Translations under genes and position numbers: made by a program
The notes under the pieces: generated by a model
Told to the model about the DNA's origin: nothing
What the model saw: the letters and a program-made list of their open reading frames with translations, nothing else
The model's database searches: none
Assembly (NCBI RefSeq): GCF_003918875.1
Contig: NW_025767301.1
Coordinates: 2,976,001 to 3,040,000 of the forward strand
Direction: 5' to 3'
DNA length: 64,000 nucleotides
From: Haliotis rubra
Taxonomy: Eukaryota
Part shown: piece after piece, positions 12,401 to 25,538 of the stretch
Layout: every line of letters starts with the position of its first letter
How positions within the stretch are numbered: the stretch's first letter is position 1

Positions 12401-15400
12401 TCACAGGAGTTGTTGTTGTGTGCTGGGCCCCCACTGAATCACAGGAGTTGTTGTTGTGTGCTGGGCCCCCACTGAATCACAGGAGTTGTTGTTGTGTGTG
12501 CTGGGCCCCACTGAATCACAGGAGTTGTTGTTGTGTGCTGGGCCCGCACTGAATCACACAGGAGTTGTTGTTGTGTGCTGGGCCCGCACTGAATCACAGG
12601 AGTTGTTGTTGTGTGCTGGGCCCGCACTGAATCACAGGAGCTGTTGTTGTGTGCTGGGCCCGCACTGAATCACAGGAGCTGTTGTTGTGTGCTGGGCCCG
12701 CACTGAATCACAGGAGTTGTTGTTGTGTGCTGGGCCCGCACTGAATCACAGGAGTTGTTGTTGTGTGCTGGGCCCCCACTGAATCACAGGAGTTGTTGTT
12801 GTGTGCTGGGCCCCCACTGAATCACAGGAGTTGTTGTTGTGTGCTGGGCCCCACTGAATCACAGGAGTTGTTGTTGTGTGCTGGGCCCGCACTGAATCAC
12901 AGGAGTTGTTGTTGTGTGCTGGGCCCGCACTGAATCACAGGAGTTGTTGTTGTGTGCTGGGCCCGCACTGAATCACAGGAGTTGTTGTTGTGTGCTGGGC
13001 CCGCACTGAATCACAGGAGTTGTTGTTGTGTGCTGGGCCCGCACTGAATCAAGGGAGTTGTTGTTGTGTGCTGGGCCCCACTGAATCACAGGAGTTGTTG
13101 TTGTGTGCTGGGCCCGCACTGAATCACAGGAGTTGTTGTTGTGTGCTGGGCCCCCACTGAATCACAGGAGTTGTTGTTGTGTGCTGGGCCCCCACTGAAT
13201 CACAGGAGTTGTTGTTGTGTGCTGGGCCCCCACTGAATCACAGGAGTTGTTGTTGTGTGCTGGGCCCCCACTGAATCACAGGAGTTGTTGTTGTGTGCTG
13301 GGCCCGCACTGAATCACAGGAGTTGTTGTTGTGTGCTGGGCCCGCACTGAATCTGGGTTACTGGTGAGCTGTTGTTGTGTGTGCTGGGCCTGCACTGAAA
13401 TCACAGGAGTTGTTGTTGTGTGCTGGGCCCCACTGAATCACAGGAGTTGTTGTTGTGCTGGGCCCCCACTGAATCAAGCTGAGTTGTTGTTGTGTGCTGG
13501 GCCCCCACTGAATCAAGGAGTTGTTGTTGTGTGCTGGGCCCCACTGAATCACAGGAGCGTTGTTGTGGGGCCCCACACTGTGCTGCCCCCACTTGAATTA
13601 CAGGAGTGTTAGTGTGCTGTGTGGGCCTGCACTGGAATTTCCACTGAATCACAGGAGTTGTTGTTGTGTGCTGGGCCCGCACTGAATTACAAGAGTTGTT
13701 GTTGTTGCTAGGCCCGCACTGCTGGAGTTCACTTGTTGCTGCGTGCTGGGCCCGCACTGAATCAAAGGAGTTGTTGTTGTGTGCTGGGCCCCCACTGAAT
13801 TACAGGAGTTGTTGTTGTGTGCTGGGCCCCACTGAATCACAGGAGTTGTTGTTGTGTGCTGGGCCCCACTGAATCACAGGAGTTGTTGTTGTGTGCTGGG
13901 CCCCCACTGAATCACAGGAGTTGTTGTTGTGTGCTGGGCCCCACTGAATCACAGGAGTTGTTGTTGTGTGCTGGGCCCCCACTGAATCACAGGAGTTGTT
14001 GTTGTGTGCTGGGCCCCCACTGAATCACAGGAGTTGTTGTTGTGTGCTGGGCCCCCACTGAATCACAGGAGTTGTTGTTGTGTGCTGGGCCCCCACTGAA
14101 TTACAGGGTTGTTGTTGTTGTGTGCTGGGCCCCCACTGAATCACAGGAGTTGTTGTTGTGTGCTGGGCCCGCACTTGAATCAAGGGAGTTGTTGTTGTGT
14201 GCTAGGCCCCACTGAATTACAGGAGTTGTTGTTGTGTGCTGGGCCCCCACTGAATCACAGGAGCTGTTGTTGTGTGCTGGGCCCGCACTGAATTACATCA
14301 GTTGTTGTTGTGTGCTGGGCCCCCACTGAATTACAGGAGTTGTTGTTGTGTGCTGGGCCCCCACTGAATTACAGGAGTTGTTGTTGTGTGCTGGGCCCCC
14401 ACTGAATCACAGGAGTTGTTGTTGTGTGCTGGGCCCGCACTGAATCAAGGGAGTTGTTGTTGTGTGCTAGGCCCGCACTGAATTACAGGAGTTGTTGTTG
14501 TGTGCTGGGCCCCACTGAATCACAGGAGCTGTTGTTGTGTGCTGGGCCCGCACTGAATTACATCAGTTGTTGTTGTGTGCTGGGCCCCCACTGAATTACA
14601 GGAGTTGTTGTTCTGTGCTGGGCCCCCACTGAATTACAGGAGCTGTTGTTGTGTGCTAAGCCCCCACTGAATTACAGGAGTTGTTGTTCTGTGCTGTGCC
14701 CCACTGAATTACAGGAGTTGTTGTTGTGTGCTGGGCCCCCACTGAATCACAGGAGTTGTTGTTGTGTGCTAGGCCCCCACTGAATTACAGGAGTTGTTGT
14801 TGTGTGCTGGGCCCCCACTGAATCAAGGGAGTTGTTGTGTGCTGGGCCCCCACTGAATTACAGGAGTTGTTGTTGTGTGCTGGGCCCGCACTGAATCAAG
14901 GGAGTTGTTGTGTGCTGGGCCCCCACTGAATCACAGGAGCTGTTGTTGTGTGCTGGGCCCGCACTGAATCACAGGAGCTGTTGTTGTGTGCTGGGCCCGC
15001 ACTGAATCACAGGAGCTGTTGTTGTGTGCTGGGCCCGCACTGAATTACATCAGTTGTTGTTGTGTGCTGGGCCCCCACTGAATTACAGGAGTTGTTGTTG
15101 TGTGCTGGGTCCGCACTGAATCAAGGGAGTTGTTGTTGTGTGCTGGGCCCCCACTGAATCACAGGAGTTGTTGTTGTGTGCTGGGCCCGCACTGAATCAC
15201 AGGAGCTGTTGTTGTGTGCTGGGCCCGCACTGAATTACATCAGTTGTTGTTGTGTGCTGGGCCCCCACTGAATTACAGGAGTTGTTGTTGTGTGCTGGGT
15301 CCGCACTGAATCAAAGGAGTTGTTGTTGTGTGCTAGGCCCGCACTGAATCACAGGAGTTGTTGTTGTGTGCTGGGCCCGCACTGAATCACAGGAGTTGTT

Positions 15401-15733
15401 GTTGTGTGCTAGGCCCCACTGAATCACAGGAGTTGTTGTTGTGTGCTGGGCCCCCACTGAATCACAGGAGTTGTTGTTGTGTGCTGGGCCCGCACTGAAT
15501 CACAGGAGTTGTTGTTGTGTGCTAGGCCCCACTGAATCACAGGAGTTGTTGTTGTGTGCTGGGCCCCCACTGAATCACAGGAGTTGTTGTTGTGTGCTGG
15601 GCCCCCACTGAATCAAGGGAGTTGTTGTTGTGTGCTGGGCCCCCACTGAATCAGGGATGTTGTTGTGTGCTAGGCCCGCACTGAATCACAGGAGCTGTTG
15701 TTGTGTGCTGGGCCCGCACTGAATCACAGGAGT
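6401..15733. repeat. 38-bp tandem satellite, ~245 copies, consensus GCACTGAATCACAGGAGTTGTTGTTGTGTGCTGGGCCC
   Basis: Continuous head-to-tail array read directly, plus one degenerate outlying unit at ~15868-15915. Confidence 0.98.
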
Positions 15734-15867
15734 GATTCACCTTGAATGACATTTAGACGTGATACTCATAAGGAAGAGAGTGTTTATGGATGTCAACTTC
15801 CTTATTATGAGGAACGCAAGCATATATTCCGAAACGAGTTGACATCCATAAAAACTCTTTTCCTTTC
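15734..15867. mobile_element. Small insertion carrying a 29-bp inverted repeat, at the satellite 3' edge
   Basis: aaggaagagagtgtttatggatgtcaact ... agttgacatccataaaaactcttttcctt (2 mismatches). The satellite unit resumes after it. Confidence 0.65.
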
Positions 15868-17714
15868 AATCACATGAGTTGTTGCTGTTGTGTGCTGGGC
15901 CCCAACAGAATTCTCAGGAAGCTTTTCTACATATCTAAAAAGAATAACTACGGCACTCCACTAAACATCTAAACGTTACAATACATACTACCCGTGAAAC
16001 CCGAGTAACAGAATATAGTTGAGGTATATCTAAAATACCCCAATATGATCAGTGGCTGTAATCGCCATCGTGAAACAAGAACAGATGATATATGGTACAT
16101 GTTTCCAAAAACAAATGATAGTTCCGATCACACAATATTATAGACAATATTATAGATATTCTTAGAAGCTGATAGATGACAAGTAAACGCAAGTTATGAA
16201 CAAGACCTTTTTAAAGATTACAGCGACGTTTCGGTATAGATCCTTGCGCCGTTGTTCAGCAGGACTCCAGTTACATAGCCGTCCTTTTTACTTTAATATG
16301 TGTTTGAAGAGGCGGTAAAATGTCACCGCGACCTAATGGTCGGCAGTGCTACCTGCTTCCGGGAGGCCATATCGATACAAGCAAATAATTGCGCCTGCGA
16401 AATATTCAACATCAAAGATTTTTCTTGATCCCGCAGGCTTGTGAAGCAGTAGAGAGCTTTCATTAAAAACGTCCACTTTAACACTAATATATAACCTTCT
16501 TTAAGACTCCTCTGTAGTACTGTGTGGCTAGCACCTTGTGATGATTTGAGCCTTAAGACAGTAATTTTACTGGCACGTTTCTGCAACATGAGGCCGAAAA
16601 ACGTTGTTTCGACGCATATTTCCAACGAAGAATCTCCTGTCTGAACAGTACTTCGAAGCCATGGCCTCTGGACTGGAACTTAAACCGCTCCCTCTAATTC
16701 TCGACCGCAGGTGTGCTGGAGATTTAATTGACCATTACACTTATATTTATTTAGACATTCGATTGACATTCGTCGTGATGTTAACATTAACAAATGACAT
16801 TTATCAGATATCCATTGGAGAACTTAAGCTACATAAAACTTCTGTTTGCAGAACCCGAACTTCAAAACAATGTTACCACGCATTCGTGCTTCTGTGACAA
16901 ACACCCATTGTCATATGTTTTTCTGCTGTTTACATCTCAGCGCTCCGCGAAAGGTTGTCACTGACGTCTTCAGTAAACAGTCACGTGACCCCTGTCGCTG
17001 ACGCTGAAACCCCGCGTTCATTAGTGCACGGAATCTTGAAAGAATACCAGCCTTCCAGGCCAGATGGGGCTTGGGTAGAAAGAGGAGATTGGGGCTATGC
17101 TATATGATTAGAAACACAAATGTGATTCTTCATTCATGTTATTTGAGGGGGTTGCGGAAGTATGCATGGTATCTGGCTTGGCTCTCGCAAAAACACGTGC
17201 TAATCTCGCGAGTGTATTACTCGCCACGGGGCCCAGCTCAAGTTCAATGTGATTAGGTCCAACTCTATTCTCAATACAGGGTTTTGAAGAATTATGGTGC
17301 TTCAAAGCCATTGTTTTTTCCCCAAAATGAAAACGCTTGTTCAGAAAATATTGCAAACATTTTTATTTTTTTTAAAAAGGACGAGGAATTGTTCGAGATT
17401 GCAGCTGAAGCTCTTTGCTAGAGGAGGAAAGGAAAGAATTCCGTTCTGGTATTAAACTGTAATGGTCATTACATATGTTGAATGCGACCGCCAGAAAACA
17501 TTAAATGATTTTGATCCATAACGACAATGCCATTGTGTGAATTCCAGTGTCAGGTAACGACATTTATTACATTCTGAATGATTTTGCATGAGTGCTTGAC
17601 ATTCAACGTTTGGAATCAATACCGAATTGCTATAACGAAAGAAATTATTGTCAATGTCCTGTAAAAAACGGCTGTATTACTGCCTTCGCGACCCATCCCA
17701 ACAAGATCGAGAGT

Positions 17715-17842
17715 AAGCAATTCTACCGCTTTAGGCAATATTCCAGTAATAGAGCACTGTTATCACATATCCCATGTGGGGAATCAAACTGCGTCTTCAG
17801 CGTTACGAGCGAATGCTCTGACTTCAAGTCCACGACCCCCAC
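17715..17842 (-). mobile_element. Degenerate SINE family C copy
   Basis: ccgctttaggcaatattccag...cccatgtggggaatcaaactgcgtcttcagcgttacgagcgaa. Confidence 0.65.
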
Positions 17843-18988
17843 CCATCGTCAGAGTTTTAATTTCAGAATTTCCCGAAATGTTCCTAGCTATCTAACACAT
17901 AATTTTGATATGATTTTCTTCTTCCAGTAAGAATCCGAGTCCCAGATATCGTCTGGAAGGACGTCTTAGTAAACTAAACTGTGTCATATTTAAATGTTAT
18001 GGGGATAAATCATTACCTGTAACCAACGATGCCCAATTCGAGGCCCAAAGTCCTATTTAAAAACTCCCTTGTTTTTGACAGAAATGTTCTCTTAATTGAG
18101 GAAATACGGTATTGCATAATACTTGGTGGTATCGCTCTCGTTACATAAACCCAGTCGTATGTTTCTGAAAGTAAAACCGTGTTCCATGTTAAAGATGTTT
18201 TTAAGGTCTTGTAAAATCGTTAGCCAATCACCATTGCTGAAAAGAACCCATGGGAAGCATAAAACTCCTTGCGTACGCAATACGTATGATTTTATACATA
18301 CACTTCATCACCATTTCGATTCTTAAACTTATTCCTTGACATAAACAAAAGAATCTCTCATCGATTCACAAATTCATATCCAACAGCCTAGCGCATATCC
18401 AATACAAGCCATTTCTTATTCGAGTAATGATCATGACTGCTGTAAATAATTATCCGTCATGGCAGCTATGTAGAGCTTGTCGGCAGGGTATTAACATATT
18501 TATGACATTCCGAGCCATAAGACCCAATACATCTTGTTCTGTTCCTGCTCTGCAGGGTAAGGCGGGTAATTATGACAAACAAGATAAATTGAATAATCGC
18601 CAGTAAATCATTTATCATGGGGGATATTCTTGGAAACGTCCATTCATAGCTTTGTGTGCCATGTGTAGTTAGTATGAAGATGAACCTCTCAATGGGTCTT
18701 CATTCACGTATAGCGATTGCTTATTAACATATATTGATGAATAACTTACTCCAGCTACATGGAATATGGTAAATCATTGTCAGTATCAGCTGAATATACT
18801 TGGAATATTGCAAGAACTTGAAACTTTATGTTCTTTGTTGAATCCATTGCAAACTAAAACAATGGTATTTTAAGTCCTGAGTAACATGTTGCTATGACTG
18901 AATGTCATCAAAATGTGTGTACCAGGTCTGTCGCTGTCGAGACGTGGATGTTCCTTGATGACTACTACCAGGCCTGTCGTTAACCAGT

Positions 18989-21590
18989 GATCTGACTCTA
19001 AAGGCATGTTCTTACCCAGTTCTAACGTCATCGAGGTGTGTGAGGATCTGACTATCCAGGCCTGTCGTTACCCACACCTAACGTCATCGAGATGTGTTGG
19101 CATCTGACTATCCAGGCTTGTCATTACCCACACGTAATGTCATCGAGATGTGTTGGCATCTGACAATCCATGCCTGTCATTACCCACACGTAATGTCATC
19201 GAGGTGAGTGGGGATCTGACTATCCAGGCTTGTCGGTACCCACACCTAACGTCATCGAGATTTATGAGGATCTGACTATCCATGCCTGTCGTTACCCACA
19301 CCCAACGTCATCAAGGTGTGTTAGTATCTGACTGTCCAGGCTTGTGGGTACCCACACCTAACGTCATCGAGGTGTGTGGGGATCTAACTATCCATGCCTG
19401 TCGTAACCCACTTCTAACGTCATCGAGGTGTGTGGGAATCTGACTATCCATGCCTGTCATTACCCACTTCTAACGTCATCGAGGTGTTGGGATCTGACTA
19501 TCCAGGCCTGTCGTTACCCACACCTAACGTCCGCGAGGTGTGTTGGCATCTAACTATCCATGCCTGTTCATTAACGTCATCAACCATCTAACGTCATCGT
19601 CATCGAGGTGTGTTTGGATTTGACTATCCATGCTTGTCGTTACCCACACCTAACGTCATCGAGGTGTGTTGGGATCTGACTATCCATGCCTGTCGTTACC
19701 CACACCTAACGTCATCGAGGTGTGTTGGTATCCGACTATCCAGGCCTGTGGGTACCCACACCTATGGAGGTGTTTTGACATCTGACTATCCAGGTCTGTC
19801 ATCACCCATACCTAACGTCATCGAAGTGTGTGGATCGACTATCCAGTCTTGTCGTTACGCACACTTAACGTCATGGAGGTGTGTGGTGAGCTGACTATCC
19901 ATGCCTGTCGTTACCCACATCTAACGTCATCGAGTTGTGCTGGCATCTGACTATCCATGCTTGTTACCCACACCTAACGTCATCGAGGTGTGTGGATTGA
20001 CTATCCATGCCTGTCGTTACCCACATCTAACGTCATCGAGGCGTGTTGGCATCTGACTATCCATGCCTGTCGTTACCCATACCTAACGTCGTCGAGGTGT
20101 GTTGGTATCTGACTATCCAGGCCTGTCGTTACCCACACCTAACGTCATCGAAGTGTGTGGATCGACTATCCAGTCTTGTCGTTACCCACACTTAACGTCA
20201 TGGAGGTGTGTGGTGAGCTGACTATCCATGCCAGCTGTTACCCACTTATAACGTCATCGAGGTGTGTGGATTGACTATCCATGCCTGTCGTTACCCACAC
20301 CTAACGTCCGCGAGGTGTGTTGGCATCTAACTATCCATGCCTGTCGTAACCAACTTCTAACGTCATCAAGGTGTGCTTGCATCTGACTATCCATGCTTGT
20401 TACCCACACCTAACGTCATCGAGGTGTGTTTGGATTTGACTATCCATGCTTGTCGTTACCCACACCTAACGTCATCGAGGTGTGTTGGGATCTGACTATC
20501 CATGCCTGTCGTTACCCACACCTAACGTCATCGAGGTGTGTTGGTATCGACTATCCAGTCTTGTCGTTACCCACTTAACGTCATGGAGGTGTGTGGTGAG
20601 GCTGACTATCCATGCCAGCTGTTACCCACTTCTAACGTCATCGAGGTGTGTGGATTGACTATCCATGTGTGGATTGACTAACGTCATCGAGGCGTGTTGG
20701 CATCTGACTATCGTTGTCCACACCCACTTCTAACGTGGGGGTGTGTTGGCATCGACTATCCATGCCTGTCCTAACCATCGACACACCTAACGTCATCGAG
20801 GTGTGTTGGCATCTGACTATCCATGCCTGTCGTTACCCATACCTAACGTCATCGAGGTGTGTTGGTATCTGACTATCAATGCCTGTCCTTACCTACTTCT
20901 AATGTCATCGAGGTGTGTTGGTATCTGACTATCCATGCCTGTCGTTACCCATACCTAACGTCGTCGAGGTGTGTTGGTATCTGACTATCCATGCCTGTCC
21001 TTACCCACTTCTAATGTCATCGAGGTGTGTTGGTTTTGACTATCCATGTCTGTCGTTACCCACTTGTAACATCATCGATGTGTGTGGGGATCTAACTATC
21101 CATGCCTGTCGTTACCCATTTCTAACGTCATCGAGGTGTGTTGGCATCTGACTATCCATGCTTGTCGTTACCCATTTCTAACGTCATGCAGGTGTGTGAA
21201 TCGACTATCCATGCCTGTCGTTACCCAGTTCTAACGTCATGCTGGTGTGGGGGGATCTGACTATCCATGTCTGTCGTTACCCATTTCTAACGTCATCGAG
21301 GTGTGTTGGCATCTGACTATCCACGCTTGTCGTTACCCACTTCTAACGTCATGCAGGTGTGTGGATCGACTATCCATGCCTGTCGTTACCCACTTCTAAC
21401 GTCATTGAGGTGTGTTGACATCTGACAATCCAGGCCTGTCGTTACCCACACCTAACGTCCTCGAGGTGTGTTCGTTCTGACTATCCATGCCTGTCGTTAC
21501 CCCACACCTAACGTCATCGAGGGTGTGTGAGGATCTGACTCTACAGGCATGTCGTTACCCACACCTAATGTGGTCGAGGTGTGTGTGTCT
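18989..21590. repeat. 56-bp minisatellite, ~46 copies, consensus ATCTGACTATCCATGCCTGTCGTTACCCACACCTAACGTCATCGAGGTGTGTTGGC
   Basis: Period of 56 (e.g. 19046 to 19102). Each unit has an internal cacacct/aggtgtg inverted repeat. Confidence 0.95.
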
Positions 21591-22331
21591 GACGTGGATG
21601 TTTCTTGATGACCCCTTGAACTCTACTCCCTGGACGCTGTGGATATATCACAGTTTACAAACTATAGATTTTGAATGAAGCAACTGTTATATTACCTCAA
21701 ACATGATTATTACTATTTTGCTTAATAACAATTTAAACCATAATTAGAACGTTTTTCCTAATCCTCACAAACTGCGTTGGATAATTCAATATCCTGAACA
21801 ATAGTTCAGGTAAACAAGCTATTTCTCACTGTTAATAGACAGCGAACAGTAGCACTGAACACAACTCCTTAGATCCTTATACAACTAATATAACGACTCC
21901 AATACCAGCCAGGTACAAACAGCACAGGTGCTAAAGGACAGCGGTATCCAATTTGGGATATAATAATGATACTGAATTGAAGGGTTTCATCGCCTTTGTT
22001 CAATCTTGATTGTGTTGACTGTAGTCCTCCTTTTACAACTTTCAGCTGGTTACTTTTTATCACTGTTTAACTCCCTTATCATTGTCAAACGAGTTTTTAC
22101 TCTTTTATACTGTAATTAAACTTTGATTGAATTTTACCTTCGGGTGCAAATATCCCCAATATGTGACATGTTGAATTTTGAGCTCGACTCAACACGTTTA
22201 TTACTTGTTCAGTGGACTGAAATCACATCAACGTGGTTTGGGTTTGTGAGAGTCATTTTTCAGTTTCAATACTGTCGAGTGTATAAGAAATTTATTATAG
22301 TTTTATGCCGCTTTTAGAAATCTTCCAAAAA

Positions 22332-22482
22332 NNNNNNNNNNNNNNNNNNNNNNNNNNNNNNNNNNNNNNNNNNNNNNNNNNNNNNNNNNNNNNNNNNNNN
22401 NNNNNNNNNNNNNNNNNNNNNNNNNNNNNNNNNNNNNNNNNNNNNNNNNNNNNNNNNNNNNNNNNNNNNNNNNNNNNNNNNN
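22332..22482. other. Assembly gap
   Basis: Run of N. Confidence 1.
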
Positions 22483-23074
22483 CAATATACCCTCGCAAGG
22501 ACTGTAGCCCGGGCCTTCGGTGTAGTTTACCACTGCAATCTGAATTACGAAGGAACTTCGTGTGCAACAAAAGATTCCAACAGACGCTTCGAAATACTTT
22601 GAAACTAGTTAGTGCCAATCACGGTTGTGCCAGTGCGTGTACTGGCATCGGTGCCGTCTGTTTATATACCATCTCATCAGAGGGATAATCCTTTTCCCCT
22701 TATACTAACCTAGTCAGGCTTAATGTAGCGTTTAAAGAATTCTCACTGATGACTGATTAAAGAAATCTATGGTGAGCGAAGCGGAAAGCAGGAAGCCGAG
22801 GCTTCCTAAGAAGACTGTATGAAGTACAGCCATGTTGCTGATTCTCCTTGCCTGGGTGCACAATGATTGGCTACAGACATTTGATTAAACACGTCATCGG
22901 AGCACGGCGTCAACCTTGGGATGGAAATGTGTGTTATCCTTCACAAGTACCGTGTGAATCTGCGAGATGAGAAGATGGAAGTATGCAGTAAAAAACAAAA
23001 TATAATTTAAAAAACACCCCAAAATTGTAGTGATGGGCTATATTAATTTTATTACCACAGAGGAGACATGGGTA

Positions 23075-23146
23075 CACAGTGTACCCATGCTGGGAATCGA
23101 ACCCGGTCTTCGACGTGGTAAGCAAAGGCTTTATCCACGACGCCAC
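23075..23146 (-). mobile_element. SINE family C head fragment
   Basis: gtacccatgctgggaatcgaacccggtcttcgacgtg. Confidence 0.7.
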
Positions 23147-25384
23147 AATACTCCGAAACCACTTAGGGGGAAAAAGTTGCCGAACAAATATATTACATTT
23201 TCTATTTGTACTTGTCTAAAAAAGTCAAAACATTGATTATACAACAGTCTCGTTTCCTGCTGACTGGGTTCCGTCCTATTGCGCAACTTCGTACAATAAC
23301 CAGTCCAGAATTTTGAGACCAATTCATTCAACTGGATACATAAATATTAATCAGTATTATTTGATACATCTAAGCACTTGTATATTGCAACACCGCGCTC
23401 CTTCTAATCCTTGCAAACACGTCGTGCAGCGTGCTCTCTCGTACAGCGTGCTCTGACAAACGGAAATCTGGAAATCGTGGAAATCTCAAAACGAGGATCT
23501 GCCGCTAGAAAGGTTTGGCGGTCTGGTACGGACTTGATATTATATCAATCACATTGTGCGTTACAAAACTACACAGAGTAAGCGCAAAGAACACCCAACA
23601 GGTGTAACCAGTGAGCCAGATGAAATTTGAATCATTATACGACCTCATCAAACAGGGGCAGTCTGTAACGTCTTAGTTAACGACATGCTGCCTACACCTC
23701 GCCATAAAATATAGAAATACGATGTTATTAAAGTTTAATTTTAAAACTTACTTGTAAATACCATTTTCTTATGAAACAAAGATTGTAATTCAGTGTAACC
23801 ATAGTTGTTTGTGGTGTCTCTTTTTACTTTCACACGAGAAAATTCGGATCGGCTGAAAGTAGGTCATTGTCTGAATAGGTTAATGAGACTCATGTTTCGG
23901 TTTGAAATATATATAAATTGTGTAAACTCTCTGGATTCGTATTTCACACATCAAAATTGCAGATCAAACTTATAATTGCTCCGGCTAGCGACAAATATCT
24001 AATTTATTCAGCAAACTGTATCGGTAAAGTAAAAGTAATCGGCATAGTTGGATGTTTTCTTGTCTAATTTGGAATTCCAAGTTGGAATTGGTTTCCTGTA
24101 CCGTATGCTGGTGATAATAGACGATCTAAAGTATCGGGTGGTCATATTCGTAGACGTGGTTGATACCGTGGTTGTACCCTGACAGCGTCGATAAAACCTC
24201 AGAATATCAATCACTGGATTGTCTAGTCCAAATTCAGTTTTTTTTTTTTTAATATATCCCAACGCCGCTTTAACAAACAAACAAACAAAGCTGACCGACT
24301 TTCCATTAATAGGTGATATTGATGACTCACACGAAGAGAGGCCAAGTTTTCCGTTGAAAAGTGAGTTTAGAGGCTTGGCACCAAAACAAGATATAATAAG
24401 GCAGACTTTACGCCTACAGTTTGTGTTTAATTGGAAGATATGAAAACATCCTCTCGATGAGATGAAAACGAGGAACGGCCGCCACCGGCAACTGATGTTT
24501 ATCAGATAATATTAAATTATGTTTCTACAGATAACATTTTCTGCAGAAAAATAATATTTTGATCGCTTCTGATGAAGACGAATCCATTCCATTAACGCAT
24601 TTTAACGTGATAGAACGATGCTACCTTTCATAACAGTCTTTGACGTCAAACTAACGTAACGCCTAGCTTCAAAAATGATATGCCCACTTAGTGCCAATCA
24701 ATGTGCCTCCCCCATTATTGTTTGAATACATACAAATACCATTGTTTTGATGCTGACCATATTCGTAGATATAGCAGAGCTCCTCCGCACGCTAGCACGG
24801 TTTCGCAGTGCTACCAGACAGAATGTTAGAATGGGCATACTGGAGGGCGAGCTGTGTTGCCTTGTAATCCACATAAATGTCAACGCTGTAAGGAGCTTAT
24901 CTCATATTGTCTTTCAGACTTTGGTAATTGGACAACAGAGGCTTTCAGTCCGGCCTTAGCAACACGCAGCAAACGCTCCACTGCATTGTCATCCACCACG
25001 GTTGTAAACTTTTGACATCGTATACGTCAAAATGATAATGGCCAGATTCAAAACATTATAGAATTAATCTTGAGAGCATCGTTTTATAGACAGTTCATTT
25101 ACTTGCTCGTTATCATGACAACTCAAGGTTGTTTTGGCCGCACTGATTATTTAATGTCTTGATTGATTTAGACAAGGACGCGTTATTATGTCTCGAAACA
25201 TGACACCATTACGGACAGGATTAGCATTATGGAGAGGGTTATGTCGCGTTTATTTAGTGAAGAACTAACTTTTGAAGCCATATCACGAGTAGTTGAAAGG
25301 GTCGGAACAAAGAGACTCAGCTTCGAGGGGAAGGTGGATGGGCACAACCGTCCGCCATTTTTGGTTTCTTCCTGCCATATCTAT

Positions 25385-25538
25385 GAGTTTAGTTTTACGC
25401 CGCTTTGCGCAATATTCCAGCACAATCATGGTGGGAGACACCAGAAATGGGCTTCACAATTATACCCATGTGGGAATCGAACCCGGGTCTTCAGCTTGAC
25501 GAGCGAACGCTTTAACCACTAGGCTACTCCACTGCTCC
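25385..25538 (-). mobile_element. SINE family C copy
   Basis: Matches the family consensus from tail (gttttacgccgc) to head (aaccactaggcta). Confidence 0.85.

Noticed and set aside
7006-14291. Dozens of Cys/Thr/Gln-rich ORFs
   Set aside because: They are translations of the 38-bp satellite. The unit is not a multiple of 3, and the ORFs occur in all frames on both strands.
6401-21590. CRISPR-like appearance of the 38-bp and 56-bp arrays
   Set aside because: The units are head-to-tail with no unique spacers, there are no cas genes, and the context is eukaryotic.
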